This document shows, one piece after another, positions 28,246 to 38,878 of a stretch of 64,000 nucleotides of DNA. Below the pieces are notes generated by a model. The model saw only the letters and a program-made list of their open reading frames with translations. It was not told the origin of the DNA and did no database searches. The stretch is from Candidatus Falkowbacteria bacterium (GTDB lineage: Bacteria > Patescibacteriota > Patescibacteriia > Patescibacteriales > GWE2-39-37). The stretch lies in assembly GCA_013336275.1 (NCBI GenBank), contig JAAXUA010000003.1, forward strand, positions 130,698 through 194,697. The letters run 5' to 3'. Position 1 is the first letter of the stretch. The number at the start of each line of letters is the position of its first letter. The translations under genes and the position numbers were made by a program.

Positions 28246-30507
28246 ATGACGTATACAAAAAAATTTAAAGAGTTGAGTAAAAAATCGGCACACATTGCGG
28301 GCGGGAAAGGCGCATCATTGGGCGAGATGATAAATTCTGGCATCCCTGTTCCGGATGGTTTTGTGGTTATGACACTCAGCTTCGATTTATTTATCAAAAA
28401 AAATAACATTGAGTCAGAGATTTCTAGTATTTTAGCGAGTGTTAATATCAAGGACAGCCAAACCATAGAGGAGGCTTCATGGAAAATTCGAAAGCTAATC
28501 ATGTCCTGTTCAATTCCAAAGGAGATCGAAAAGGAAATATTAAGTCGGTTTAAGGCGTTGAAAGCACCCTATGTGGCGGTTAGATCATCTGCCACTGCAG
28601 AGGATGGCGCCTCAGCAGCATGGGCCGGTCAACTCGAGAGCTACTTAAACACAAACGACAAGACATTGCTTTTGAATGTTAAAAAGTGTTGGGCTTCTTT
28701 ATTTACTCCGCGGGCGATATTTTATCGAATTGAGCAAAAATTTGAAAATAAAAAAGTGGCCGTTGCGGTGGTTGTTCAGAAGATGGTAAACAGCGAATGC
28801 TCAGGAATAGCCTTTAGCATCCATCCCGTTTTGAATGATAGCCGACAGATAGCGATTGATGCCGGCTACGGCTTGGGCGAATCTATCGTGGGTGGCCTGG
28901 TTACGCCAAACAGTTATTGCGTAGCAAAAGATACTTTCTGCATTTTGGATAAGATTCATTACGAACAAGAGAAGAAGCTGGTCAGGAGTTCGCAAGGAGG
29001 CAATGTTTGGAAAAAAACAAGCAAAAAGGAAAGGAGCCTATTCGTTTTAAGCGATGAAAAAATTATCACATTGGCGAAGATTGTTGCAAGAATCGAAAAG
29101 CATTATGGATTCGCTTGCGACATCGAGTGGGCGTATGAAAAAGGAAAATTTTACATCGTTCAAAGCAGGCCAGTCACCACGGTGAACAGGAAAAATCAGA
29201 CGTCTCTTGAACAATTGAATTGGTACTATTGGGGTTGTTGGAAAAACACGGCCCTTTGGGCCTCGCCTTGGTATCAAATGGCAAAAACCAAGGTCGTTAA
29301 AGAGTTGGGTCTGAAGAATTTGATTTCTGGTAAAAGCATATTTACAGACGGCCATTATTTTACCCTGCAAACTGATTTCGATTTAGTAAGGCCGGAGATA
29401 ATCGCGAGTTTGGAAGGAAAAAGCGAATGGTTGAATCAGTATTTCAAATTGTGCGACATTCACACGAAGAAGCTCATCAGGCTGAAGAGTGATAAAAATT
29501 TATCAGTGTTTTTAATGGAACTTTACGAGGTGTTTACTTTGTCGCTATTATCTCGGTATGTCGATGTGAATTTGGAACACTACGCAAAAAGAGTCTGCAA
29601 TGATTTAAAGTATCCATATCAAGACCTGGTTTCGCAAATGTTATTGAGAAAGGAAACGCCTTCAAGCGGGTATGGTAAAGCTATTTCAAGTAAGATGCCA
29701 GCTGAAGAGATCCTTGAGGAGTTCGGCTGGTTCGGCGCAAGTTTTTATACGGGCGAGCCGACTTTAACGCTTGAAAAAATCAAGTCTGATAGAAAAGAGC
29801 TGACTGCGGTCCGTAAATCGCACTCGAAAACCATAAAACTGGATAAACGTTTGCGTAAGTGTGTAGATGTCGGTTCGGAAATTTCTTTCATCAGGACGAA
29901 CTTAGCCGAGGTGTTCAGCATGGTGTCTTATGAATACTTTGATCAGTTAAAGGAGGTGGCCAAAAAGAGCAAGCTTAAGTTTGAGGATGTGATGAGGATG
30001 ATCCCTGAGGAGGTTGTTGCATTAGTTAAGAACGGCCGGAAGCCGAAAAATATCAAAGCCAGAAAGAATGAATTCGGAATCGTGGCAGACAAAAAGGGCA
30101 TAAGGCTTATATACGGAAAAGAATTGGCCGTAATGACGAATAAATTTTCGTATTTATATAAGCCTAGCGAATCGCTAAACGAGTTTACGGGTTTGAGCGC
30201 CTTTAATGGCATTGCGAAAGGCATTGCCAGAATCGTTTTGGAGGCGAAGGACATTGGCAAAGTTGGCGAGGGTGAAATAATAGTCGCCCCCGAGACTACG
30301 CCGGATTACATACTTGGCATGAAGAAGGCGGCAGCCTTTGTGACGAATCAGGGCGGCATAACATCTCACGCGGCAATCGTTGCAAGAGAAATGCAGAAGC
30401 CTTGCGTCATCGCCACTAAGATCGCGACTGAGGCGATCAAGGATGGAGATTTGATCGAGGTGAATGCGAACCAGGGTATAGTAAAGATTTTAGAAAAAGG
30501 CAAATGA
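28246..30507 (+). CDS. PEP-synthase-related dikinase (ATP-grasp + central domain + C-terminal phospho-His swivel domain)
   Basis: GGKGASLGEM, VAVRSSATAED...WAGQ, VVVQKMV and DIEWA...VQSRPVT; C-terminal GGITSHAAIVARE. No PpsA C-terminal barrel. Confidence 0.85.
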   Translation: MTYTKKFKELSKKSAHIAGGKGASLGEMINSGIPVPDGFVVMTLSFDLFIKKNNIESEISSILASVNIKDSQTIEEASWKIRKLIMSCSIPKEIEKEILSRFKALKAPYVAVRSSATAEDGASAAWAGQLESYLNTNDKTLLLNVKKCWASLFTPRAIFYRIEQKFENKKVAVAVVVQKMVNSECSGIAFSIHPVLNDSRQIAIDAGYGLGESIVGGLVTPNSYCVAKDTFCILDKIHYEQEKKLVRSSQGGNVWKKTSKKERSLFVLSDEKIITLAKIVARIEKHYGFACDIEWAYEKGKFYIVQSRPVTTVNRKNQTSLEQLNWYYWGCWKNTALWASPWYQMAKTKVVKELGLKNLISGKSIFTDGHYFTLQTDFDLVRPEIIASLEGKSEWLNQYFKLCDIHTKKLIRLKSDKNLSVFLMELYEVFTLSLLSRYVDVNLEHYAKRVCNDLKYPYQDLVSQMLLRKETPSSGYGKAISSKMPAEEILEEFGWFGASFYTGEPTLTLEKIKSDRKELTAVRKSHSKTIKLDKRLRKCVDVGSEISFIRTNLAEVFSMVSYEYFDQLKEVAKKSKLKFEDVMRMIPEEVVALVKNGRKPKNIKARKNEFGIVADKKGIRLIYGKELAVMTNKFSYLYKPSESLNEFTGLSAFNGIAKGIARIVLEAKDIGKVGEGEIIVAPETTPDYILGMKKAAAFVTNQGGITSHAAIVAREMQKPCVIATKIATEAIKDGDLIEVNANQGIVKILEKGK

Positions 30508-30553
30508 GTTAATCATATAAAAAACGAGCTTGCTTGGCTCGTTTTTTATATTT

Positions 30554-30629
30554 TGGGGTGGCTACAGGGAATCGAACCCTGATAATCGGCACCACAAGCC
30601 GGTGTAATAACCGCTATACGATAGCCACC
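30554..30629 (-). tRNA. tRNA-His(GTG), with encoded G-1 and CCA
   Basis: Reverse complement GGTGGCTATCGTATAGCGGTTATTACACCGGCTTGTGGTGCCG...GGTTCGATTCCCTGTAGCCACCCCA. Confidence 0.93.
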
Positions 30630-30710
30630 ATAAAGTCCATGCTGAATGGACTAAAATAATATACTGTAAAAAAACCGTTCTGGCAAGACCGTGCCTAAAA
30701 TGAATTTCAG

Positions 30711-30782
30711 TACCCCCGGCAGGAGTCGAACCTACGTAACCAGCTTAGAAGGCTGGTGTTCTATCCGTTGAACTACGGGGGC
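30711..30782 (-). tRNA. tRNA-Arg(TCT)
   Basis: Reverse complement GCCCCCGTAGTTCAACGGATAGAACACCAGCCTTCTAAGCTGG...GGTTCGACTCCTGCCGGGGGTA. Confidence 0.93.
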
Positions 30783-31021
30783 AAAAATGACAAATTTGCC
30801 AATTTTTTGGCAAATATTAGTCATTAGTAATATAAATTGTAGCAAAAAAGGTCAGAAAAGTCAAAGCCTTGAAAAAAAATAGCCTTTGTGTTATGGTTTG
30901 GAAGTATTTTAATAAATAAATGACCCTTTCTTGGACCTCGGATGTCTTGCGTATATATAATGTAAGGCGCTTCTTCGGAAAAAGAGGTTACCCGACTCTC
31001 GGATAGGGACACGAAAAACGA

Positions 31022-31399
31022 ATGTTGGACAAAAAAGTCAAACAGCGGATCATTCAGAAGTTCCGCACCCACGCTAACGACACCGGTTCTTCTCAGGTGC
31101 AAATCGCTATCCTGACTGAAGAAATCGAACGCTTGACCGATCATTTGAAAGGCCACAAGCAGGATCATTCTTCCCGTCGCGGCCTTCTGAAGAAGGTCAA
31201 CGAACGCCGAAAATTGCTGAAGTATCTGCAAAAGGAAGACGAAGCCGCTTTCGGCGAATTGGCCAAGAAGCTTAAGCTGAAGATTGCCAAGAAGATGATT
31301 GAGGAAGAAGAGGAGCGCAAGCGCATCGAAGAAGCCATGATGGCTGGCGATGTGTTGAAGTCGGAAACGGAAGAAGAGGTCGTTGAAGAGGCTGCGTAA
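31022..31399 (+). CDS. rpsO: 30S ribosomal protein S15 with an acidic C-terminal extension
   Basis: DTGSSQVQIAILT...L..HL..HKQDHSSRRGLLKKV..RRKLL.YL. Confidence 0.96.
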   Translation: MLDKKVKQRIIQKFRTHANDTGSSQVQIAILTEEIERLTDHLKGHKQDHSSRRGLLKKVNERRKLLKYLQKEDEAAFGELAKKLKLKIAKKMIEEEEERKRIEEAMMAGDVLKSETEEEVVEEAA

Positions 31400-31434
31400 G
31401 GCCTGCTCCGAATTGTCGGAGAAATAATATCCAT

Positions 31435-31932
31435 ATGATAAAACACAAGGAGCAACGCGTTGGTGTCCTGGTCGACGTATCGAACATGTACCACTCCGCG
31501 AAAAACCTGTTCAAGCGCCGCGTTAACTATAAAGAAGTCTTGAACGCTGCCGTGGCCGAGCGCAAGCTCATTCGCGCCACCGCCTATGCGGTCAAGACCG
31601 AGGGTGAAGAAGAGCTGCCTTTTTTCGAGGCCTTGTCCCAGCAGGGATTCGAGGTCAAGATGAAGGACTTGCAGATTTTTGCAGGCGGCATGAAGAAAGC
31701 TGATTGGGATGTCGGTATCGCTATCGACGCGATCAAGCTAGCTTCGAAGCTGGATGTGATCGTGCTCGTCACCGGCGATGGCGATTATATCCCGCTCGTC
31801 AACTATCTGCAGAACACCACGGGCTGCTTGGTAGAAGTGGTCGGTTTCCGCCAGACGACTTCATCGAAATTGATCGAAGAAGCCGATGATTTCATTAATC
31901 TGAGCGAGAATAGGAGATTCTTATTGCGATAA
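31435..31932 (+). CDS. NYN-domain (LabA/DUF88, PIN-like) protein
   Basis: LVDVSN, KKADWDVGIAID, VTGDGDY.PL and S..L...AD.FI. Confidence 0.9.
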   Translation: MIKHKEQRVGVLVDVSNMYHSAKNLFKRRVNYKEVLNAAVAERKLIRATAYAVKTEGEEELPFFEALSQQGFEVKMKDLQIFAGGMKKADWDVGIAIDAIKLASKLDVIVLVTGDGDYIPLVNYLQNTTGCLVEVVGFRQTTSSKLIEEADDFINLSENRRFLLR

Positions 31933-31999
31933 CATATACAAAAGGAGGGGGCGGCTTTGCCGCCCCCTTTATCGCGTTAGCTGATAATTATTAACATAA

Positions 32000-32064
32000 G
32001 CTTGGCTGGCAAACAGATAGTGCTGTGGGTTATGACTCATAGTCCTGTAGTTTGTCGGCCAGGC
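32000..32064 (+). promoter_or_regulatory. Long stem-loop in the pnp 5' leader (candidate RNase III site)
   Basis: GCTTGGCTGGCAAAC pairs with GTTTGTCGGCCAGGC (15 bp including G-U), around an inner hairpin. Confidence 0.55.
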
Positions 32065-32079
32065 CGAAAAAGAAAAAGT

Positions 32080-34377
32080 ATGTCACAAGAAAAAGTGCTT
32101 AGCACTGAATGGCTTGGCCGGACCTTGACGATCAAGACCGGCAAGCTGGCCAAGCAGGCCACCGCCGCCGTCACTGTCCAATACGGCGAAACCATGGTTT
32201 TGGCGACTGTCGTCGAAGCCAAAGAAGAGCGCATGGTTGATTTCTTCCCTTTGACCGTCGAGCTTGAAGAGCGCTTGTATGCCGCTGGCATCATCAAGGG
32301 CTCACGCTGGCTCAAACGTGAGGGTCGTCCGACTGAAGACGCTGTCCTGACCGGACGCATGATTGATCGCTCGATCCGCCCATTGTTCAGAGATGGTTCG
32401 CGCAAGGATGTGCAGATCATCATCACCGTATTGTCTGCCGACCAGGAGAACGACCACGATATCATTTCGCTGGTTGCCGCTTCAACCGTCCTGTCTATTT
32501 CCGGTTTGGATTGGAATGGACCGATTGCCGGCATCCGTGTCGGACGTGTCGAGGGCAAGCTGGTCCTTAACCCGACTTATGCCGAGCGCGAGAACAGCGA
32601 CTTGGATCTGATTGTCGCTGGCACTGACAAGCGCACCATCATGATCGAAGCCGGCGCCAAGGAAATCAAGGAAGATGAGGTATTGGAAGCGATCATGCTG
32701 GGACAGCGTGAGATGCAGCCGGCTATCGAGTTAATTGAGAAGTTCAAGGGCTTGATCGAGGCTCGTCCGTTCGCAGAAAAGAAAAAGCTGGTTCACCCGG
32801 AAGAATTGGAGGCCGAAAAGGAATTTGAAAAGGTTTTGGCGACGGCTCAGGCTTGGCTTGATCAGAACGTCAAGAATATCTTGTTTGATAAGGAGCTTAA
32901 TTCCAAGGGTCAGCGGAAAGCCGCAGTTGGCGAACTGAAGGATCGTTTGGACATCTATCTCTTTGAACAGGGCATCGGCAAGGACCGCCGCAGCAAGGCG
33001 ATCAACAAGCTGTTGTTCCCGGCTATCGAAGCTGAAGTGACTCGCGCCATCTTAGAGGAAGGCAAGCGTGTCGATGGCCGTGGTCTCGAAGAAATCCGCT
33101 CACTGACCTCTGAAGTTTCTTTGTTGCCCCGCACCCATGGTTCCGGCCTATTCTCGCGCGGCGAGACCCAAGTCTTGTCGGTCGCCACTTTAGGCGCTCC
33201 CGGCCTGGAGCAGAATCTCGAAGGCATCGAAGGCGCTGGCACCAAGAGCTATATGCATCATTATAACTTCCCGCCGTTTTCGGTTGGTGAAGTCAAGAAT
33301 ATCGGCGTGCCGAGCCGCCGCGACATCGGTCATGGGGCCTTGGCTGAAAAAGCCTTGCTGCCAGTTCTGCCAGGTCGCGAAGAATTCCCGTATACCATTC
33401 GCGTCGTTTCGGAAACCTTGGGTTCGAATGGCTCATCTTCGATGGGTGCAACCTGCGGTTCGACCTTGGCGCTGATGGATGCAGGCGTGCCGATCAAGAA
33501 ACCGGTCGCCGGCGTTGCTATCGGCCTAGCCTCGAATCATGATATGAGCAAATGGCAAGTTTTGACCGATATCCAGGATTTGGAAGACGGCGAAGGCGGC
33601 ATGGACTTTAAAGTGACTGGAACTGAAGATGGCATCACCGCCATACAGCTCGACACTAAGACCATCGGCTTGGACGAAGCGATCGTCAAGGAGGCTTTGC
33701 GCCAGGGCAGGAACGGACGTTTGAAGATTTTAGATGTAATCAAGGAAGCGATTCCGGCTGTGCGTCCGGAATTGTCGCAATATGCTCCGCGCATCGTCAG
33801 CTTTCATATCAATCCTGATAAGATCCGTGATGTCATCGGTTCCGGTGGCAAGGTTATCAATGAGATTATTGCCGCCACCGGCGTATCAATCGACATCGAG
33901 GATGACGGATTGGTGATGGTTTGCGGCAATGATGCAGAACGCTCCAAACAGGCGATCGAATGGATCAAGAATATCGCTCGCGAGTATGAAGTCGGCGAGG
34001 TGCTGACCGGCACCGTTGTGCGCATGCTCGACTTCGGCGCCTTCATCGAGATCGGTCCGAAGACCGACGGAATGGTGCACGTTTCTCAACTAGCGCCATA
34101 TCGCATCGGCAAGCCGGAAGACTTCTTGAATGTCGGCGATACAGTTACAGTAAAGATCAAGGAAGTCGATGAGAAGGGACGCATCAACCTGACCATGCTC
34201 GGATTGACGGAAAACGAACCGCTATGGAAAGAGGAAAAAGGTAAGGCTTCTGGCGAAAGCGGTGGCTTCAATCGAGGCGGCTTCGAACGTCAGGGTAACG
34301 ACCGAGGCGGTAATCGTCGCGGAGGTGACAGACCATATAACGACCGACCGAGACCACCACGTCCCCCAATGATGTAA
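32080..34377 (+). CDS. pnp: Polyribonucleotide nucleotidyltransferase (PNPase)
   Basis: DFFPLTV, RMIDRSIRPLF, RTHGSGLFSRGETQ, SNGSSSM and GDMDFK-like motif (GGMDFK); KH (VIGSGGK) and S1 domains. Confidence 0.97.
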   Translation: MSQEKVLSTEWLGRTLTIKTGKLAKQATAAVTVQYGETMVLATVVEAKEERMVDFFPLTVELEERLYAAGIIKGSRWLKREGRPTEDAVLTGRMIDRSIRPLFRDGSRKDVQIIITVLSADQENDHDIISLVAASTVLSISGLDWNGPIAGIRVGRVEGKLVLNPTYAERENSDLDLIVAGTDKRTIMIEAGAKEIKEDEVLEAIMLGQREMQPAIELIEKFKGLIEARPFAEKKKLVHPEELEAEKEFEKVLATAQAWLDQNVKNILFDKELNSKGQRKAAVGELKDRLDIYLFEQGIGKDRRSKAINKLLFPAIEAEVTRAILEEGKRVDGRGLEEIRSLTSEVSLLPRTHGSGLFSRGETQVLSVATLGAPGLEQNLEGIEGAGTKSYMHHYNFPPFSVGEVKNIGVPSRRDIGHGALAEKALLPVLPGREEFPYTIRVVSETLGSNGSSSMGATCGSTLALMDAGVPIKKPVAGVAIGLASNHDMSKWQVLTDIQDLEDGEGGMDFKVTGTEDGITAIQLDTKTIGLDEAIVKEALRQGRNGRLKILDVIKEAIPAVRPELSQYAPRIVSFHINPDKIRDVIGSGGKVINEIIAATGVSIDIEDDGLVMVCGNDAERSKQAIEWIKNIAREYEVGEVLTGTVVRMLDFGAFIEIGPKTDGMVHVSQLAPYRIGKPEDFLNVGDTVTVKIKEVDEKGRINLTMLGLTENEPLWKEEKGKASGESGGFNRGGFERQGNDRGGNRRGGDRPYNDRPRPPRPPMM

Positions 34378-34392
34378 GATATTCAGATATAC

Positions 34393-34426
34393 AATACCGC
34401 CGGCATACCGCCGGCGGTATTTTTTT
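34393..34426 (+). terminator. Intrinsic terminator after pnp
   Basis: AATACCGCCGGC-ATACC-GCCGGCGGTATT-TTTTT. Confidence 0.8.
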
Positions 34427-34523
34427 CGGGTTGACTTGTGATATGATGAGTGGTAGATTGGAGGATATTTGAACATTTATCCGGCGCCAGAGTGCGCCAC
34501 ATCCTGCACTGAGGAGGCAAGAC

Positions 34524-34961
34524 ATGGCAAGAAAAACGACGAGAGAGCTGTTGTTTGACCAGGAACCGTTCAGCTTTTTGGGCGGAGAGGAGTTTACCGT
34601 AAGCGAACTATTCCCAGGAGTGGTAGAAGACGAGGACGCATCCGCGGCCAGGTTCGAATCTCATGTGAGCGACGCGTGCTTGGCACCGGAACTTCTTGAG
34701 CCCTCGGAAATAGCGGAGATAAGGGCATTGAGAGCCCAGGGCATGATTCCTGATCTTTCCGATCACCCCTGCTGCGCCCAGGAGCTGTCCATTGAAGAAG
34801 TGGCTGACCCCTCAACCAGCAGTGAACCGACCCGCTTTTTGCCCCTCTCGTTCTTTAGGGAGCTCAAGCGAATGAGGCGACTATTCAAAAGCAAAGTCGC
34901 CCAATCCCGCCGCATCGAATTTCCCGACGGTCATGTAGTTATGGTGCTTCGACACACCTAA
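34524..34961 (+). CDS. Hypothetical protein
   Basis: SD GAGGAGG, an upstream TTGACT promoter and a downstream hairpin terminator; no recognisable motif. Confidence 0.55.
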   Translation: MARKTTRELLFDQEPFSFLGGEEFTVSELFPGVVEDEDASAARFESHVSDACLAPELLEPSEIAEIRALRAQGMIPDLSDHPCCAQELSIEEVADPSTSSEPTRFLPLSFFRELKRMRRLFKSKVAQSRRIEFPDGHVVMVLRHT

Positions 34962-35200
34962 AGGCTTCATAAATCGCCAACCAAAAGGCCCCCTTCCAAG
35001 GAGGCCTTTTCAAATACCTAAAGTCGGTTCCGGATGACGTTTTTAGTTTAAAGTTTGACAAATACATAATATATTAGTAGTATGCAAATAAGGCTAGTTG
35101 TATTTTTACAATTAGCTTTTTTTTCAACCAATAAGGCGCTATTGCAGAATTAATCGTGCATTTGGCAACAGAGACTTTAAATAATTTTAAATATAAATTC

Positions 35201-36379
35201 ATGTCAGATATCAGCAATGCTATCAAACAGATTTGCGAGGAGAAAGGCCTGAGCTATGACGCAGTTCTAGAAACGGTCGAATCAGCCTTGGCCGCCGCCT
35301 ATCGCAAAGATTTCGGTGAAAAGAACCAGAACATCAAAGTCGAATTTGACCCGGAAACCGGCAAGTCAAAGGTTTATGATGTAAAGCTGGTCGTCGAAGA
35401 CCTTCCCGAAGAGGAGCTGGTCGAGGGCGAAGAGGAAGCCGTCGAGGAGTATATCGAGGGTGAAGAAGGTGAAAAGAAGTTCAATCCCAAGACCGAGATG
35501 CAGATCAAGGATGCCAAATTGATCAAAAAGACCATCAAGCTCGGAGAAGAACTGCGCATCAAGCTTGAGCCGCCCGCCTCCTATGGACGCATGGCTGCCC
35601 AGACTGCCAAGCAGGTGATTATCCAGCGCTTGCGAGAGGCTGAGCGCGATATGGTTTTTTCAGAATTCAAGGATAAAGAACACGAAGTCGTCGGCGGCGT
35701 GGTCCAAAGGCGTGAAGGCGGCGTGGTTTTCGTCGACCTTGGCAAGGCTATCGGCATCTTGCTGCCCGACGAACAGATCCATGGTGAGCGCTACAATATA
35801 GGCGACCGGGTCAAGGTTTACGTCAAAGAGGTGCGTCTTTCACCTAAGGGCCCGGAAATAATCTTGTCCCGCACCTCGGATGAGATCTTGAAGAAAGTGT
35901 TTTATCTCGAAATCCCAGAAGTATCAAACGGCTTGATTGAAATAAGGTCGGTTGCCCGCGAAGCCGGACATCGCTCCAAAGTAGCGGTTTACACCAGCTC
36001 TGATAAGGTTGATCCGATCGGCTCATGCGTCGGGCAGCGCGGCGCTCGCATCCAGACCATTATCCAGGAATTAGGAGGCGAAAAGGTCGATATCATCAGT
36101 TACGATGAGGACCCGGCCCGCTTTATCGCCAACGCCTTAGCCCCGGCTAAGATTGTCGGCGTCGAAGTCAAGGACGATGACCGCCGAGCCGTTGTGACCG
36201 TGGCAGAAGATCAGCTATCATTAGCTATCGGCAAAGGCGGTCAGAACGCCCGCTTGGCCGCCCACTTGACCGGTTGGAAGATCGATATCGTGACTAACGG
36301 CCAGTCGGCAGCACCGACCGCGGTTGAAGAGGTTGCGGAAGAAAGCGACGACGAGGAAGTCAATGAGGAAGATAATTAA
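35201..36379 (+). CDS. nusA: Transcription termination/antitermination factor NusA
   Basis: GRMAAQTAKQVIIQRLREAER, S1 domain, AREAG.RSKVAV, CVGQRGARI and LSLAIGKGGQNARLA. Confidence 0.97.
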   Translation: MSDISNAIKQICEEKGLSYDAVLETVESALAAAYRKDFGEKNQNIKVEFDPETGKSKVYDVKLVVEDLPEEELVEGEEEAVEEYIEGEEGEKKFNPKTEMQIKDAKLIKKTIKLGEELRIKLEPPASYGRMAAQTAKQVIIQRLREAERDMVFSEFKDKEHEVVGGVVQRREGGVVFVDLGKAIGILLPDEQIHGERYNIGDRVKVYVKEVRLSPKGPEIILSRTSDEILKKVFYLEIPEVSNGLIEIRSVAREAGHRSKVAVYTSSDKVDPIGSCVGQRGARIQTIIQELGGEKVDIISYDEDPARFIANALAPAKIVGVEVKDDDRRAVVTVAEDQLSLAIGKGGQNARLAAHLTGWKIDIVTNGQSAAPTAVEEVAEESDDEEVNEEDN

Positions 36380-36403
36380 TAATAATAAGCTCCAAAGAAA
36401 TCT

Positions 36404-38428
36404 ATGATTATCGGATTAATTTTGGGAAGTGCGCTGTTGGCCATCATTTATGGCGCAGTGCTCATCAAAATGGTAACTAAGCTGTCTGCAGGAAATGAGA
36501 AGATGCAGGACATCGCCAAGGCGATCCAAGAAGGCGCTCGCGCTTATCTTAACCGCCAGTACAAGACCGTCGCTGTGGTGGCCGCTGTACTGTTCATCAT
36601 AATCGGCTTCGTGCCGAGTCTGGGCTGGAAAACGGCCATCGCCTTCATTATCGGTGCCGGCTTGTCGGCTTTGACCGGTTACATCGGCATGAATGTATCA
36701 GTCCGCGCGAATGTCCGCACCGCTGAAGCGGCACGCGGCGGCATGCAGAAAGCTCTCGACGTCGCATTCCGCGGCGGCAGCGTCACCGGATTACTGGTGG
36801 TCGGCTTGGGCCTCTTGGGAACGGCCGGTTTTTATTTCGTGACCAAGGACACCCACGCCTTGATCGGTCTGGGTTTCGGCGGTTCGTTGATTTCCATATT
36901 CGCTCGCTTGGGCGGCGGCATCTTCACCAAGGCAGCTGACGTCGGCGCCGACTTGGTCGGTAAAGTCGAAGCAGGAATTCCTGAAGATGACCCACGTAAC
37001 CCGGCCGTAATCGCCGACAACGTCGGAGACAACGTCGGAGATTGCGCTGGCATGGCTGCCGACTTGTTTGAGACTTATGCTGTGACTTCTGTGGCCACCA
37101 TGGTTCTTGGCTCGCTGATGTTCAGCAAGATGGATAGCGTAGACAATATAGTGGTCTATCCTTTGGTTCTGGGTGCGATTTCTATCATTACATCTATCAT
37201 CGGTACCTTTTTCGTCAAGCTGGGCAAGAGTAACAATATCATGGGCGCTTTGTACAAAGGCTTGATCGTGGCTGGCGTCTTGGCCGCAGCCGCTTTTTAT
37301 CCGGTCACCAAGTATATTCTGGGCGACTCCATCATTACCGATGCCGGACTAAAAATCACTTCAATCAACATCTATTGGGCGTCATTGATCGGTCTGGCCG
37401 TAACTGCTGCCATGGTCGTCATCACTGAATATTATACTTCTACTAAGTATTCCCCAGTCAAAGATATCGCTAAATCATCCGAGACTGGCCACGGCACCAA
37501 CATCATCACTGGCTTAGCCGTGTCGATGAAGTCCACCGCCGCTCCGGTCATCGTGATCGTTGCCGCTATTTTGGGTGCCTTTTCTTTGGCTGGTATCTAT
37601 GGCGTCGCCGTGGCGGCGATGGCCATGCTTTCGATGGCCGGAATTATCGTAGCCATCGATTCATATGGTCCGATTACCGATAACGCAGGCGGCATCGCCG
37701 AAATGGCTGAGATGGGAGAAGATGTGCGCAACGTTACTGATCCCCTCGACGCAGTCGGCAACACCACCAAGGCCGTAACCAAGGGCTATGCCATCGGCTC
37801 AGCCGCTTTAGCTGCTTTGGTGCTTTTTGCTGATTTCACCCACAGTCTGACAGCTGTTTCGGGCAAGGAGTTCGTGTTTGTTATTGATAACCCGTTCGTC
37901 TTGGCCGGTTTGCTAATCGGCGGTCTTTTGCCTTACTACTTCGGCGCTTTGTCGATGCAGGCCGTAGGCCGCGCCGCTGGTGCAGTCGTTGAGGAGGTCC
38001 GCCGCCAATTCAGGGAGAAGCCAGGCATCATGCAGGGAACTGACAAGCCGGATTATGGAAAAACTGTTGATATCGTCACCAAGGCGGCTATCAGCGAAAT
38101 GATCATCCCGGCCTTAATCCCGGTTGCCGCTCCGATTTTGGTCGGCTTATTCCTGGGCATCGAGGCCCTGGGCGGCCTCTTGGTCGGCTCGATCATTACG
38201 GGCATCTTCGTCGCCATTTCTATGACCTCTGGCGGCGGCGCTTGGGATAACGCCAAGAAATACATCGAAGAAGGCCATCATGGCGGCAAGGGCAGTTTTG
38301 CCCATCAGGCAGCCGTGACCGGAGACACCGTCGGCGATCCGTATAAGGATACCGCCGGTCCGGCCATCAACCCGATGATCAAGATCATGAATATCGTGGC
38401 CTTGCTGATTATCGGACTGTTAGTATAA
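36404..38428 (+). CDS. hppA: Membrane-bound H+-translocating pyrophosphatase, K+-independent type
   Basis: [50 protein letters not shown] (Lys = K+-independent signature); [14 protein letters not shown]. Confidence 0.95.
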   Translation: MIIGLILGSALLAIIYGAVLIKMVTKLSAGNEKMQDIAKAIQEGARAYLNRQYKTVAVVAAVLFIIIGFVPSLGWKTAIAFIIGAGLSALTGYIGMNVSVRANVRTAEAARGGMQKALDVAFRGGSVTGLLVVGLGLLGTAGFYFVTKDTHALIGLGFGGSLISIFARLGGGIFTKAADVGADLVGKVEAGIPEDDPRNPAVIADNVGDNVGDCAGMAADLFETYAVTSVATMVLGSLMFSKMDSVDNIVVYPLVLGAISIITSIIGTFFVKLGKSNNIMGALYKGLIVAGVLAAAAFYPVTKYILGDSIITDAGLKITSINIYWASLIGLAVTAAMVVITEYYTSTKYSPVKDIAKSSETGHGTNIITGLAVSMKSTAAPVIVIVAAILGAFSLAGIYGVAVAAMAMLSMAGIIVAIDSYGPITDNAGGIAEMAEMGEDVRNVTDPLDAVGNTTKAVTKGYAIGSAALAALVLFADFTHSLTAVSGKEFVFVIDNPFVLAGLLIGGLLPYYFGALSMQAVGRAAGAVVEEVRRQFREKPGIMQGTDKPDYGKTVDIVTKAAISEMIIPALIPVAAPILVGLFLGIEALGGLLVGSIITGIFVAISMTSGGGAWDNAKKYIEEGHHGGKGSFAHQAAVTGDTVGDPYKDTAGPAINPMIKIMNIVALLIIGLLV

Positions 38429-38537
38429 TTTGATTTTTCTTTGCGGAGATGGATTGATCATCTCCGCAGCTGAGCAATCAAGCTCGTACATTTAACCCGG
38501 CGCAATAATGCGCCATACTACCAAGCGGAGGTAATGT

Positions 38538-38777
38538 ATGAAAAATGGACGTGAGCCACGCAGACATGGTGTAGAAAAGAAAGAGTTGAATGTGGTAGCC
38601 AAGATCCGCGGCTTAGGCAAGGTGACCGTTGTCAGCTCGCACAAGCCCCAGCACTGCAAGGTGAGCGGAATACTGACGACCATCGGTCTCAAAGTTGTCA
38701 GCACCGGTCATCAGATCAGCTGCCACTCGGCGCATATCAGAAAAGGTATCGCCCTACTCAAAACCAGTTTCGCATAG
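38538..38777 (+). CDS. Small basic hypothetical protein
   Basis: SD GGAGG upstream and a hairpin downstream; no recognisable motif. Confidence 0.45.
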   Translation: MKNGREPRRHGVEKKELNVVAKIRGLGKVTVVSSHKPQHCKVSGILTTIGLKVVSTGHQISCHSAHIRKGIALLKTSFA

Positions 38778-38878
38778 CGCTCAAGCTTACCCGACTAAAG
38801 TAGCGAGGCAGCCGCCTCGACCAATGAGGGGAGAGACCAACTCTCCCCTCCCTTTGATTAATTAATATTAAAATAGTT

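Noticed and set aside
25200..30553. Integrative island at the tRNA-His 3' end
   Set aside because: The segment is AT-rich, but I found no integrase and no direct repeat of the tRNA 3' end.
30960..31021. S15 autoregulatory leader RNA
   Set aside because: Only small hairpins are visible, which is insufficient without covariation data.
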